Shown one piece after another: positions 26,574-36,070 of a DNA stretch of 43,073 bases (the stretch's first letter is position 1; each line of letters starts with the position of its first letter). Made by a program: the position numbers and the translations under genes. The notes beneath the pieces were generated by a model. That model saw only the letters and a program-made list of their open reading frames with translations. It did not search any database and was not told where the DNA came from. The stretch is from Candidatus Moraniibacteriota bacterium. GTDB lineage: Bacteria; Patescibacteriota; Minisyncoccia; Moranbacterales; GWC2-37-73. The stretch spans positions 94,243 through 137,315 of the forward strand of contig DNVR01000004.1 of the NCBI GenBank assembly GCA_003507445.1, given 5' to 3'.

Positions 26574-27815
26574 TTATTCATATCTCAGTGCTTCCATCGG
26601 GCTTATTCTCGCGGCCTTGCGGGCAGGATACAAACCAAACAGAAGACCGATGGCTGCCGATACCATTGTCGCAACCACAATCGAACTAAACGAAATCAAA
26701 AATTCCCATTCGTATCCCAACGCATTAATAATCACTGCGGCCAGCAGTGAAATCAAAATTCCAAAAATAATTCCGATTATACCTCCAACCAAAGTAATAA
26801 AAACAGCCTCAATCAAAAACTGCGTAATAATGTGACGATTGCGCGCGCCAACAGCTTTTCGCAGGCCGACTTCGCGAATACGCTGCGTAACAGAAATAAG
26901 CATAATATTCATAATACCAACACCGCCAACCAACAATGAAATCGCCGCAATTCCAGCTAGGAAATATTTAAGCACATTAGTAATATTAGTAACCATATTA
27001 AGAGCCTGCGCAGTGTCACGAACTGAAAAATCATCGTCATTTGGATTTTTAATTCTATGCTGAGTTCTGATGGTATATTTTATATCCGCAACAGCGCGAG
27101 TTATGTTTTCAGGATTATCAATTTTAACACGCATAAAATTAAGATAATCAATTCCGAGCAGAATTTTTTGAGCAGTAGAAAGTGGCATATACACAAGCTC
27201 ATCAGGATTAGAAACTGCCGATCCTCCTTTTGGTGCCAAAACACCAACCACTGTGAAATTCACATCTTTGAGCGAAAACATTTTCCCAATTGGATCTTCT
27301 GTTTCAAAAAGCTCTTTTGCAGTGTTTGATCCCAAAACTGCCACGCGCGCCAAACCCGAATCTTCCTCGTCTGTAAAAAATCTTCCCGAACTTAAATCAT
27401 TTTTTTCAACATCAATAAAATCCGCAGAAACACCTTGAAAATTATTCTGCCGGGAATTATTTTTATACCTTGCAGTTCCTATTCCACTTACATATCCAGA
27501 AGCTGCCACAGCATTTGGAACATTTTTTTTGAGTAAAACTGCATCAAGATCTGATTGTTTTAGTGTTGTTGTCACAATTCCAAGCACGGATGCAGGAGGA
27601 CCTTTTTCATCAGAAGCTCCCGGCAAAACTCCAACAAGATTTGAACCAACCCCCGAGACTTGCGCAATAATAAGCTGTTGAGCGCTTGCCCCAATCGCCA
27701 TCACAATAATCACACTAGCAATTCCAATAATAATTCCCAGAATCGTCAAAAATGAGCGGAACTTGGCCGCCATTAAATTCTTATACGATATTTTTATTGG
27801 TGAAGATAATTTCAT
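26574..27815 (-). CDS. ABC exporter permease, MacB/FtsX-like
   Basis: RSFLTILGIIIGIASV, ISLLVGGVGIMNIM, FGLYPARKAA..PMEALRYE. Confidence 0.95.
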   Translation of the reverse strand: MKLSSPIKISYKNLMAAKFRSFLTILGIIIGIASVIIVMAIGASAQQLIIAQVSGVGSNLVGVLPGASDEKGPPASVLGIVTTTLKQSDLDAVLLKKNVPNAVAASGYVSGIGTARYKNNSRQNNFQGVSADFIDVEKNDLSSGRFFTDEEDSGLARVAVLGSNTAKELFETEDPIGKMFSLKDVNFTVVGVLAPKGGSAVSNPDELVYMPLSTAQKILLGIDYLNFMRVKIDNPENITRAVADIKYTIRTQHRIKNPNDDDFSVRDTAQALNMVTNITNVLKYFLAGIAAISLLVGGVGIMNIMLISVTQRIREVGLRKAVGARNRHIITQFLIEAVFITLVGGIIGIIFGILISLLAAVIINALGYEWEFLISFSSIVVATMVSAAIGLLFGLYPARKAARISPMEALRYE

Positions 27816-27854
27816 GAAAATCTACAACTTATCTTATAAATTAATCTGATTTAT

Positions 27855-27962
27855 AATTTTAAATTTTAAGTTTTAAATTTTAAATAAATTTTAAATAATT
27901 AAATGTTTTAAAATTTAAACATTCGGGCTTCATTTTAAATTTAAAATTTAAAATTTAAAATT
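27855..27962. repeat. Inverted TTTTAAA/TTTAAAA heptamer arrays (gene-less element)
   Basis: One arm abuts the ATPase stop codon. Confidence 0.75.
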
Positions 27963-28686
27963 ACTTTAACAGTTCTCCTTCCCCATCTGCCACCAAACGA
28001 TTTTTTACAACCTCATCGGAAATAATCTGTCCATCTTTCATATTCAAAATACGCTTGGCGTGTTGAGCCGTATATGTTTCGTGCGTTACCAAGATAACAG
28101 TGTGCCCATCGTCGTTAAGTTTTTGCAAAATTCTCATCACAGCAAGTCCTGATTTTGAATCCAGATTTCCAGTTGGCTCATCAGCAAAAATAACTTCTGG
28201 ATCATTCACCAGGGCGCGCGCAATTGCCACGCGTTGTTTTTCTCCACCAGAAAGCTGGTTGGAAAGATATTGGATGCGATGACTCATTCCCACAGCGGCC
28301 AAGGCTTTGTTTATTTTTTCTTCATTATGCACCTCCAAATGATCTTCGTCATAGAGAAGTGGAAGCTCCGTATTCTCATATACGGTAGTGCGCGGAAGTA
28401 AATTGAATGATTGAAAAACAAAACCAATTTTTTTATTGCGAAGTTTTGACAATTCATCGTCAGAATAGGAGTTGATATTTTTTCCTTCAAACAAATAAGC
28501 TCCCGTCGTAGGACGATCAAGCATTCCCAAAATTTGCATCAGCGTTGATTTGCCACTGCCACTCGGCCCCATAATTGAAACAAACTCGCCTTTTTCAATC
28601 GTAAAAGACATTCCACACATCGCCTGAGTCTGCACGCCTTCACTGTCATAAATCTTACACAAATTTTCAACTTCTATTAATTTCAT
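27961..28686 (-). CDS. ABC exporter ATP-binding protein, MacB/LolD-like
   Basis: [38 protein letters not shown]; likely ATG at 28686. Confidence 0.95.
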   Translation of the reverse strand: MKLIEVENLCKIYDSEGVQTQAMCGMSFTIEKGEFVSIMGPSGSGKSTLMQILGMLDRPTTGAYLFEGKNINSYSDDELSKLRNKKIGFVFQSFNLLPRTTVYENTELPLLYDEDHLEVHNEEKINKALAAVGMSHRIQYLSNQLSGGEKQRVAIARALVNDPEVIFADEPTGNLDSKSGLAVMRILQKLNDDGHTVILVTHETYTAQHAKRILNMKDGQIISDEVVKNRLVADGEGELLK

Positions 28687-28725
28687 ATCGCTTTTTACCT
28701 TATAATTTTTTACTTGCACGCGGTA

Positions 28726-28754
28726 TTGACTTTTTTGTTATTTTAGAGTATAAT
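28726..28754 (+). promoter_or_regulatory. sigma70 promoter
   Basis: TTGACT-17 nt-TATAAT. Confidence 0.7.
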
Positions 28755-28821
28755 AGATAATCACAGTTCGTTAGCAGTCAAATATAAAGGATGGCTCAAA
28801 GAAGCCAAGGAGGAGAAATGT

Positions 28822-29049
28822 ATGAATAAAATAGCAGATGCAACTCTTATGGACATTCGCGATAATGCAAGAAAAGAAGGTAACAGCGTGTGTTGCACAT
28901 GCGGAGCAATATGGAAAACAGGTACTGATGGCTCCCACATATGTTCTCAATTTATGGTTCGTAAGGATTTGCTAAGAATACTCATAGCAGACAGAAACCT
29001 TATTGACGCCAGAAGCGCCATAGCTATCAGCAGTATCATGGAGTTATAA
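28822..29049 (+). CDS. Small hypothetical protein, possible Zn-ribbon
   Basis: 75 aa, SD AAGGAGG, CTCG..W......HIC; has its own promoter and terminator. Confidence 0.7.
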   Translation: MNKIADATLMDIRDNARKEGNSVCCTCGAIWKTGTDGSHICSQFMVRKDLLRILIADRNLIDARSAIAISSIMEL

Positions 29050-29062
29050 ATTACATCCCAAC

Positions 29063-29115
29063 CCCGCGGAAATTGATTGTGAAATTTTGCAATCAAAACT
29101 ACGCGGGCTTTTTTT
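29063..29115 (+). terminator. Intrinsic terminator
   Basis: cccgcg...ttgattg/caatcaa...cgcggg followed by T7. Confidence 0.65.
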
Positions 29116-29154
29116 ATTTGCATTTCCTAACACCTAACACCTAGAACCTAATAC

Positions 29155-30459
29155 CTATTTTACCACTTGAAATGTCACGACTTTCTCTCCGCCGTTCAAA
29201 CCTTTTTTAATTTCAATCATTCCATCATCCCCTTCCAAACCAGTTTCGACATAGACTTTTTCTATCGTGACATTATCAGCCTTCAGGACTTCTGTATACT
29301 TTTTATTTTCTTCAATTTTAATTGCGCGACTTGGAATCATAACTACTTCGCTTTTTTCAGCAGTTTTGATATCAATATTCAAACTCATCCCCGGCTTTAC
29401 TCTGGCATCAAGAGTGTTAAGTTTGAGTTTAATATCATAATACACAACACCTTGCACATTCGTGGAAGCTGGATTTATTTCAATAATCTCAGCATCGAAA
29501 ATATCTTCGGGTGTGAGCGCGTCAAATGTGACGCTAGCGTGTTGTCCGAGTTTCACTTTCACAATGTCTGATTCAGGAACCTGTGATTGAATGATCATAT
29601 CAAGCGACATCACGCGTGAAAATGCTTCTTTGATAACACCTGTGCCAAGAATTTCCCCTGGTTTATTGTTAACTTCTGTAATGATGCCATTTACAGGCGA
29701 GATGAGCACAGCCTTGTTCAAATTAAGCAAAGCCATATCGTATACTGCTCGCGCACTTGCAACTTGAGCATTGCGAGCATTTCTGGCAAAATCTGATTCA
29801 ACTGTTTTAACTCTAGCCTTAGCACTGGAAACAGCGTTATCTGCTGAAATTTCAGAAAGGTCCGTTTGCTCCTTGGCAGTTTTAAGTGCTTGCTTGGCAC
29901 TTGCAAGTGCATTTTCAGCATTTGTAAGTGTAATTTTATTTTGTTTTGAAACATTACTATTATAGAAATCCAGAGTGTCATCATAAGCTTTTTGGGCATT
30001 TTCAACTGTCTGCTCTGCAGAAGCAACTGTTTCATCATTTAATTTTTTTGTTTGATCAAATGAATCCTCTGCATTATCAAGACCTACTTTTGCTTCACGC
30101 AAAGTATCACTATTAGAACCAGATGTTGCAATCGCCTGATCAAGACCAGCTTTTGCCTGATCAACTTGTTTTTGAAGTGTTGAGTCAGTCAGTGTTGCAA
30201 TCTTGTCGCCTGCTGCAACTTGATTACTTTCTTTGACAAAGACTTTGCTCACTCGCCCTCCAATTTCAAAGTTAAGAGTAATCTCATCTTTTGCCACCAA
30301 GTCGCCCGTGACTGAAACAGTTTGCGCGAGAGTTCCTTTTGTTGCCTCAGCAGTCGTATATGTTATTACCGGTTTTTTATTTTTAAAATAAAAAATAACA
30401 CCACCAACAATAACGACAAGGATAACACTCCAAATAATCCACTTTTTTTTCTTAGACAT
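29155..30459 (-). CDS. Efflux periplasmic adaptor (MacA/HlyD-type membrane fusion protein)
   Basis: N-terminal TM, GGRVSKVFVKE, coiled coil, SPVNGII, VPESDIVKVKLGQ, PGMS. Confidence 0.93.
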   Translation of the reverse strand: MSKKKKWIIWSVILVVIVGGVIFYFKNKKPVITYTTAEATKGTLAQTVSVTGDLVAKDEITLNFEIGGRVSKVFVKESNQVAAGDKIATLTDSTLQKQVDQAKAGLDQAIATSGSNSDTLREAKVGLDNAEDSFDQTKKLNDETVASAEQTVENAQKAYDDTLDFYNSNVSKQNKITLTNAENALASAKQALKTAKEQTDLSEISADNAVSSAKARVKTVESDFARNARNAQVASARAVYDMALLNLNKAVLISPVNGIITEVNNKPGEILGTGVIKEAFSRVMSLDMIIQSQVPESDIVKVKLGQHASVTFDALTPEDIFDAEIIEINPASTNVQGVVYYDIKLKLNTLDARVKPGMSLNIDIKTAEKSEVVMIPSRAIKIEENKKYTEVLKADNVTIEKVYVETGLEGDDGMIEIKKGLNGGEKVVTFQVVK

Positions 30460-30473
30460 AAGCTATTATTAAA

Positions 30474-30628
30474 ACTTACGCATTTTCTCAACTATTTCTT
30501 TTTTGGCACGCTTTTGGATAAATGCTCAATCCCGTCGCTCACGAGTGACAGGATCAATATCCAAAAGCTCAAAGAGTTGCTGTCGCCAACAATTGGCCAA
30601 AAAAGAAATGTTTCGAAACGCGTAACTT
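30474..30628. repeat. Branched hairpin element, family B, with nested 28-bp insert
   Basis: The reverse complement of 30554-30628 is identical to 39671-39745. Confidence 0.9.
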
Positions 30629-30632
30629 TTGT

Positions 30633-31064
30633 TTACAATAAATTTGTTTGTTTACATTGATTATCCAACGCTTCGTTAACCAGTGCGTCTGCAACCTTAT
30701 TTTTCTCTCGCGGAATATGCACGAAAGTAACCTTACTATATTCCAACATCAGGTTCCAAATTTCAATAAAATATTGCTGTATACGTGGTTCTTTTAATTT
30801 ATATTCATGATTCAATTGTTTTACAACTAACTCACTATCCAAAAAGCATTCCACCTCGGTTTTTTTTGCCTTCTCTTTCCCTAAAAATATTTTAGCTTTT
30901 TGCAAACCCAAAATCAAAGCTTCGTATTCAGCGTCATTATTTGTCCTGTTTCCGATGCACTGTCCAATTTTTTTATTCAAAGTTTCGATATACACACCAA
31001 CTGCCGCTGGTCCCGGATTTCCCCTTGAACCACCATCCGTATACATTATTATTTTTTGCTGCAT
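30633..31064 (-). CDS. rnhA: Ribonuclease HI family protein
   Basis: YTDGGSRGNPGPAA, TNNDAEY, DSELVVKQL, HIPREKN..AD. Confidence 0.92.
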   Translation of the reverse strand: MQQKIIMYTDGGSRGNPGPAAVGVYIETLNKKIGQCIGNRTNNDAEYEALILGLQKAKIFLGKEKAKKTEVECFLDSELVVKQLNHEYKLKEPRIQQYFIEIWNLMLEYSKVTFVHIPREKNKVADALVNEALDNQCKQTNLL

Positions 31065-31089
31065 AAATTAAAGTTATATTAAATGTCTT

Positions 31090-31248
31090 AATTTTTCTGA
31101 ATAATGAATTTTTAAAAAATTCTAATTGATTGAGTAAGCCTTTGTTTTCTCTAAAATTTTTCTGTGATTGTGTTGATTGGGGGAAAATTTTAGTTAGAAA
31201 ACAAAGAGCGTCGAGGGATTTTTTAAAAATTCATTATTCAGAAAAATT
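31090..31248. repeat. Long imperfect hairpin element, family A (copy 2)
   Basis: About 30-bp perfect outer stem plus the core shared with 15593-15742. Confidence 0.75.
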
Positions 31249-31299
31249 GTTTCAATTAGCTTAATTCTAACATTTTTCAAGATAAAAGCAATTCAAAAG

Positions 31300-32685
31300 T
31301 TATTCCTTTAATGCTTGTCCAACTCTCCAAACATCTCCTGCGCCCATTGTGATAAGCACGTCATATTCTCCTGACTTTTCTTTCAAATATTGCGTAGCTT
31401 CATCTATACTTGGAATATATTCCGCTTTGTTATAGTTATATTTGTTAATCAATTTTACCAAATCTTCAGAAGTAGCCTCGCCGCCAGATTCGCGCGCACT
31501 TCCATATGTATCAATAACAATCACGCGCTCGGTGTTATCAAAACTCTGAGCAAAATCTTGAAGCAACGCTTTGGTTCTGGAGAAAGTGTGCGGATGAAAA
31601 ACTGTCCAGATTTTTTTGCCTTCGAAGCGATCTTTGGCGCCAGCAAGTGTTGCTTTGATTTCATCTGGATGATGAGCATAATCATCAATCAGCAAGGCTT
31701 GTTTAAATGTTCCAATATATTCAAAACGCCTCGTGGTTCCCTCAAATTCATTTAGCGATTTTTTTATTTTCTCCAAATCCAATCCCATCTTGTGAGAAAG
31801 TGCAATGACAGAAGTGGCATTTAAAATGTTGTGCTTACCAGAAAGTGGCGAAATAAATTCTCCTAAATTTTTCCCGTCATATTCAACTTCAAATATCTGC
31901 ATAACTTTGTTGTCTGTTGTTTGTTGTCTGTTGTTTATTATTTTATAATCATTGTCTTCCCCAAACCCATATGTAATCAAGTTGCAATTTGCGCTCTCGG
32001 CAACTTCCAGTGTGTCACTACTATCACCCCAAACCACCAAGAAACCTGTTTTGGGAATTTTTTTCACAAAAGCTTGGAACACTTTTTTATAAGAAACAAA
32101 GTCCAGAAAGAAATCAGGATGATCCCAATCAACGCTCGTAAGAATCACAGACCACGGCTGATAAAAACGAAGTTTGTTTTGATATTCATCAGCCTCAGCG
32201 ACAAAATATTCGCCCGCGCCAGAAAGAGCACTGCCCTCCCATGAAATAACATTGCTTCCAACAATCGCACTGGGATCCAAGCCAGCTTCCGCAAGAGCGC
32301 TGGCAAGCATCGCTGAGGTGGTGGTTTTTCCATGTGTTCCGCAAACTGCAATGCCAAGCTTTTCAGCAAACAAAAGTCCCAAAATTTCAGGATAACTCAG
32401 CATTAAAACACCCATCTTTTTAGCCTCAGCCATTTCAACATTATTTCCTTCATTATAAGCAGTTGAATAAATAACAACATCAGCATCATTTGGAACGTGC
32501 CGCGCTATGAATTCTTCATAATATGCAATATTTAAACGTTTTAATATTGCATCAGTATAAAAAACCTCGCCCGTATCAGAGCCGGAAATTTCAATATTTC
32601 TGCTTTGCAAAATTTGAGCCACAGCAGTCATACCCGCACCCTTAATACCCACAAAATAAGCTTTTTTAATATCTTTAATTTTCAT
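31300..32685 (-). CDS. murC: UDP-N-acetylmuramate--L-alanine ligase
   Basis: GIKGAGM, GSD, GTHGKTTT, EADEY, DHPD, RRFE, DDYAHHP, PHTFSRT, MGAGD. Confidence 0.95.
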   Translation of the reverse strand: MKIKDIKKAYFVGIKGAGMTAVAQILQSRNIEISGSDTGEVFYTDAILKRLNIAYYEEFIARHVPNDADVVIYSTAYNEGNNVEMAEAKKMGVLMLSYPEILGLLFAEKLGIAVCGTHGKTTTSAMLASALAEAGLDPSAIVGSNVISWEGSALSGAGEYFVAEADEYQNKLRFYQPWSVILTSVDWDHPDFFLDFVSYKKVFQAFVKKIPKTGFLVVWGDSSDTLEVAESANCNLITYGFGEDNDYKIINNRQQTTDNKVMQIFEVEYDGKNLGEFISPLSGKHNILNATSVIALSHKMGLDLEKIKKSLNEFEGTTRRFEYIGTFKQALLIDDYAHHPDEIKATLAGAKDRFEGKKIWTVFHPHTFSRTKALLQDFAQSFDNTERVIVIDTYGSARESGGEATSEDLVKLINKYNYNKAEYIPSIDEATQYLKEKSGEYDVLITMGAGDVWRVGQALKE

Positions 32686-32694
32686 ATATTTAAA

Positions 32695-32818
32695 CGCTGA
32701 TTAAATACGGATTAAATACGGATTTTAACAGATCACGGATATAGCTATATACTTGCACGAATCACAATTTAGAAATTCATGATCCGTATGTATCCGTTTC
32801 CGATCAGTGCTAATCTGT
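32695..32818. repeat. Gene-less copy of the GxxExxY cassette arms
   Basis: Same motifs and spacings (11-10-7 and 10-11-10) as 13491-14011. Confidence 0.85.
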
Positions 32819-32822
32819 TCGT

Positions 32823-33932
32823 TTACGATCTAGCGATTTCAATAATACCATTAGCAATAACATCTGCAGCAGTTGGATGATAAAAAGTTTTAATTTTTTC
32901 AACCATATTCATTTGAAGTTCATTGTCATTCAAAATATGATTTATTTTTTCAAGCAAAATATGTTCTCCAAGATTTGCTTCTTCGAGCACTAGCGCTGCT
33001 CCAATTTGCGCAAGCGCATAAGCATTCATACGCTGATGATCATTTGCACTTTCAGAAATTGGAATTAGAATTGCTGGCTTTCCGTTTGCTGCTATTTCTG
33101 TGATAAATGTTGCACCAGCTCTGCTAATAACCAAATCGCTTAAGGCAAAAGCGTCTCGAAGCTTATTAGCATTCATAAACGGCGCAGCATAATATCCATT
33201 GTGCCCAGCTTTAACACCAACAAAAGCCGCTTCACGCAAAACATTGTCATAATGCTCTTGTCCGGTTTGATGAATAATCTGAAAATGCTGCAAGAGTTGC
33301 GGAAGGATTTTAACAATTGCATCATTAATAATCCGTGATCCTTGCGAACCACCCAATATCAAAAGTGTTTTTCGCGATTCAGTAAAACCAATTTCTTGTC
33401 GCAATATTTTGGCATCACCTTGCGTCACTTGAAATCGTATTGGATTTCCAACCAATGCCGTTTTTTCCTTAGGAAAATATTCTTCAGCGCTTGGATATGC
33501 CACTGCAATCCTGTTGGCAAATTTAGACAAAAATTGATTTGCGATTCCGGGTGCACTGTCAGACTCGTGGATCATAATCGGAATGCGATATATCCAACCT
33601 GCCAGCACAATTGGCACTGCCACATAACCGCCCTTGGAAAAAATAACGTCCGGCATAAAACGGAGCAATATCCATAATGATTGCACAAAGCCAATTGGCA
33701 CTTTGAAAAAATCAATAAAATTTTGAAAGGAAAAATATCGTCGCATTTTTCCACTAATAACAAATTTTGTTGGAATTCCTTCTTCAGACATTATTTTTTT
33801 TTCCATTTCAGCTCCCGAACCAACATAAAGAATGTTGGCCTCACTGCCAAGCTTTGCTTTTAATTTGTCAGCCACTGCGACAAGCGGTGTTAAATGTCCT
33901 CCCGTGCCTCCACCAGTTAATACTATTCGCAT
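32823..33932 (-). CDS. murG: Lipid II GlcNAc transferase MurG
   Basis: TGGGTGGH, SKGGYV, IHESD, GNPIR, GGSQGS, SRAGA, HQRMNA. Confidence 0.97.
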   Translation of the reverse strand: MRIVLTGGGTGGHLTPLVAVADKLKAKLGSEANILYVGSGAEMEKKIMSEEGIPTKFVISGKMRRYFSFQNFIDFFKVPIGFVQSLWILLRFMPDVIFSKGGYVAVPIVLAGWIYRIPIMIHESDSAPGIANQFLSKFANRIAVAYPSAEEYFPKEKTALVGNPIRFQVTQGDAKILRQEIGFTESRKTLLILGGSQGSRIINDAIVKILPQLLQHFQIIHQTGQEHYDNVLREAAFVGVKAGHNGYYAAPFMNANKLRDAFALSDLVISRAGATFITEIAANGKPAILIPISESANDHQRMNAYALAQIGAALVLEEANLGEHILLEKINHILNDNELQMNMVEKIKTFYHPTAADVIANGIIEIARS

Positions 33933-33949
33933 AATAGAATAATTTAGTA

Positions 33950-34073
33950 AAATTATTTAATATCTAATTACAAATTTCCAATTCCTAATCAATGTCTAAT
34001 TTTCCAATTTCAAATTTTGACATTTTTACATTAGGATTTTATTAGAAATTAGATATTAGAAATTAGGAATTTT
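33950..34073. repeat. Inverted AATTTCY heptamer arrays (gene-less element)
   Basis: aatatctaattacaaatttccaattcctaa ... attagaaattagatattagaaattagga. Confidence 0.8.
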
Positions 34074-34127
34074 TATAACCACACCTTTAGCATAGCAATA
34101 AACGTGCAATAAATCCAGCATAAATTG

Positions 34128-35234
34128 CTAGTTATTCAAATTTGAATGTTTGGATATATTAAGCAAAATACCAACCGCTGCCATCAAAAACACGAGTGAT
34201 GTTCCGCCATAACTGATAAATGGAAGTGGAATTCCCGTAAGTGGAACCAGCGCAATGTTAGCACTAATATTAATAAACGCCTGCAATATTATCCAAGATG
34301 TAATTCCTGTGGCCATAAGCCTGCCAAACATATCCGGAGCATTTTTAGCAATTTTAATACCCCTCATCGCCAAAACAACAAAAAGTCCAATCAGAATCAT
34401 CGCACCCATCATCCCAATTTCTTCGCCCAAAACTGCAAAAATGCTGTCCCCGACGGGTTCCGGCAAATAATTAAATTTCTGTCTAGAATGACCGAGGCCG
34501 ACTCCAAAAAAACCACCACTACCAACCGCCAGCAATGCCTGACTTATTTGATAACCTATTCCTTGCGGATCAGCGCTCGGATCAAGAAATGCCAAAATAC
34601 GATTAAATCGATATGGTTCAATTTTAACAAGAATCCAAAGCGCTACCATTCCCAATGCGCCCATCGAAGCAAGATGCGAAAGACGAGCACCAGCAATAAA
34701 AAAAATAGCAAAAGAAGTAAGGACGATGACACCCAAGGTTCCCGTGTCTGGTTGTTTCATAATCAAAAAAGCAAGCAGGCCTATTATCCCCAAAAACGGT
34801 AACATCCCTTCAAAAACATCCTTGATTCGCTGTGTTCCACGACTTTCAAGCCAAGCAGCAAGATATATTATTACTGCTAATTTTGTCATTTCGGAAGGTT
34901 GGAAAGAAAATGGACCAAGTTGAATCCAACGACTTGCACCATACACTCGCGACCCAACACCAGGAACAAAAACCAAAATCAAAAAAACGACCGCAAGAAA
35001 AAACAATGGCACGGCAACTTTTTTCCAAAAATGATAATCAAGCTTGGAAAAAAAATACAGCGCAAAAATACCAGGAATAACTCCGTAGATCAATTGATGC
35101 TTAAAAAAATAGTATTCATCAGCAAATCTCGTCTCTGAATAAATCACCCCAGCACTTGCAATCATAATAAGCCCAAAAACAAGCAATGATGAAACCGTTA
35201 TCAACAATGTCCTATCCCCCAATTTTGTTTGCAT
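34128..35234 (-). CDS. ftsW: Cell division SEDS protein FtsW
   Basis: GASRWI, FQPSE, QPDTGT, GYQ, YLPEPVGDSIFAV, LTGIPLPFISYGGTS; upstream of murG. Confidence 0.95.
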   Translation of the reverse strand: MQTKLGDRTLLITVSSLLVFGLIMIASAGVIYSETRFADEYYFFKHQLIYGVIPGIFALYFFSKLDYHFWKKVAVPLFFLAVVFLILVFVPGVGSRVYGASRWIQLGPFSFQPSEMTKLAVIIYLAAWLESRGTQRIKDVFEGMLPFLGIIGLLAFLIMKQPDTGTLGVIVLTSFAIFFIAGARLSHLASMGALGMVALWILVKIEPYRFNRILAFLDPSADPQGIGYQISQALLAVGSGGFFGVGLGHSRQKFNYLPEPVGDSIFAVLGEEIGMMGAMILIGLFVVLAMRGIKIAKNAPDMFGRLMATGITSWIILQAFINISANIALVPLTGIPLPFISYGGTSLVFLMAAVGILLNISKHSNLNN

Positions 35235-35314
35235 ACCGGTCAAGTTTATATAGCAATTTGATTTATCTCAGTATCACTAAATAATAAAATTTTATCTTTT
35301 TATTTTTGACTATC

Positions 35315-35424
35315 AAATTTTAAATTTTAAATTTTAAATTTTTAATCAAATCCAAATTTTTCAATGTCTTAATTTTAAAACATTTCAAATTTATTTATTG
35401 TAAATTGATTTTAAATTTAAAATT
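35315..35424. repeat. Inverted TTTTAAA heptamer arrays (gene-less element)
   Basis: Abuts the trmD stop; shares the internal aatgtcttaattt with 16666-16789. Confidence 0.75.
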
Positions 35425-36070
35425 ATTTAAGTCCTGAATTTTCCTTTCTCCATCTTTCAATTTCACCATGATTTCCACTAAGCAGCACGCTAGGCACTTC
35501 CCACTTTAAAAACTTTTCGGGCTTAGTGTACTGTGGAAATTCCAAATATCCTTCCTCGCTATGTGATTCTTCAATCGCGCTTTGATCATTACCCAAAACT
35601 CCCGGTAGCAATCTTGTTACGGAGTCCACCACCAACATTGCCGGAATCTCACCGCCAGTCAGGACAAAGTCTCCAATAGAAATTTCCTCATCAACAACAA
35701 ACTCAGCCACTCTTTCATCAACACCTTCATATCTCCCACAAACGAAAATGAGCTGATCATACTCAGATAATCTTTTTGCATCTTTTTGTTTGTATCTCTT
35801 TCCCTTAGCAGAAAACAAAATTGTTCTGGTTTTCAAATTGGCTTTTTGAATGTCAGCCACTGCTCGATAAATCGGCTCGACTTGCATCACCATTCCAGCA
35901 CCTCCGCCATATGGAGTGTCATCCACATTATGATGTTTGTTTGTTGAATAATCCCTCAAATTATGAACATTGATTTCCACAATTCCCTTTTCTTTGGCAC
36001 GCTTAACAATCGACTCGCCAAAATAGCTATCAAAAATTTTCGGAAAAATTGTAATTATATCAAATCGCAT
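35423..36070 (-). CDS. trmD: tRNA (guanine37-N1)-methyltransferase
   Basis: VDDTPYGGGAGM, CGRYEGVDER, SIGDFVLTGGE, YTKP, LLSGNH. Confidence 0.98.
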   Translation of the reverse strand: MRFDIITIFPKIFDSYFGESIVKRAKEKGIVEINVHNLRDYSTNKHHNVDDTPYGGGAGMVMQVEPIYRAVADIQKANLKTRTILFSAKGKRYKQKDAKRLSEYDQLIFVCGRYEGVDERVAEFVVDEEISIGDFVLTGGEIPAMLVVDSVTRLLPGVLGNDQSAIEESHSEEGYLEFPQYTKPEKFLKWEVPSVLLSGNHGEIERWRKENSGLK

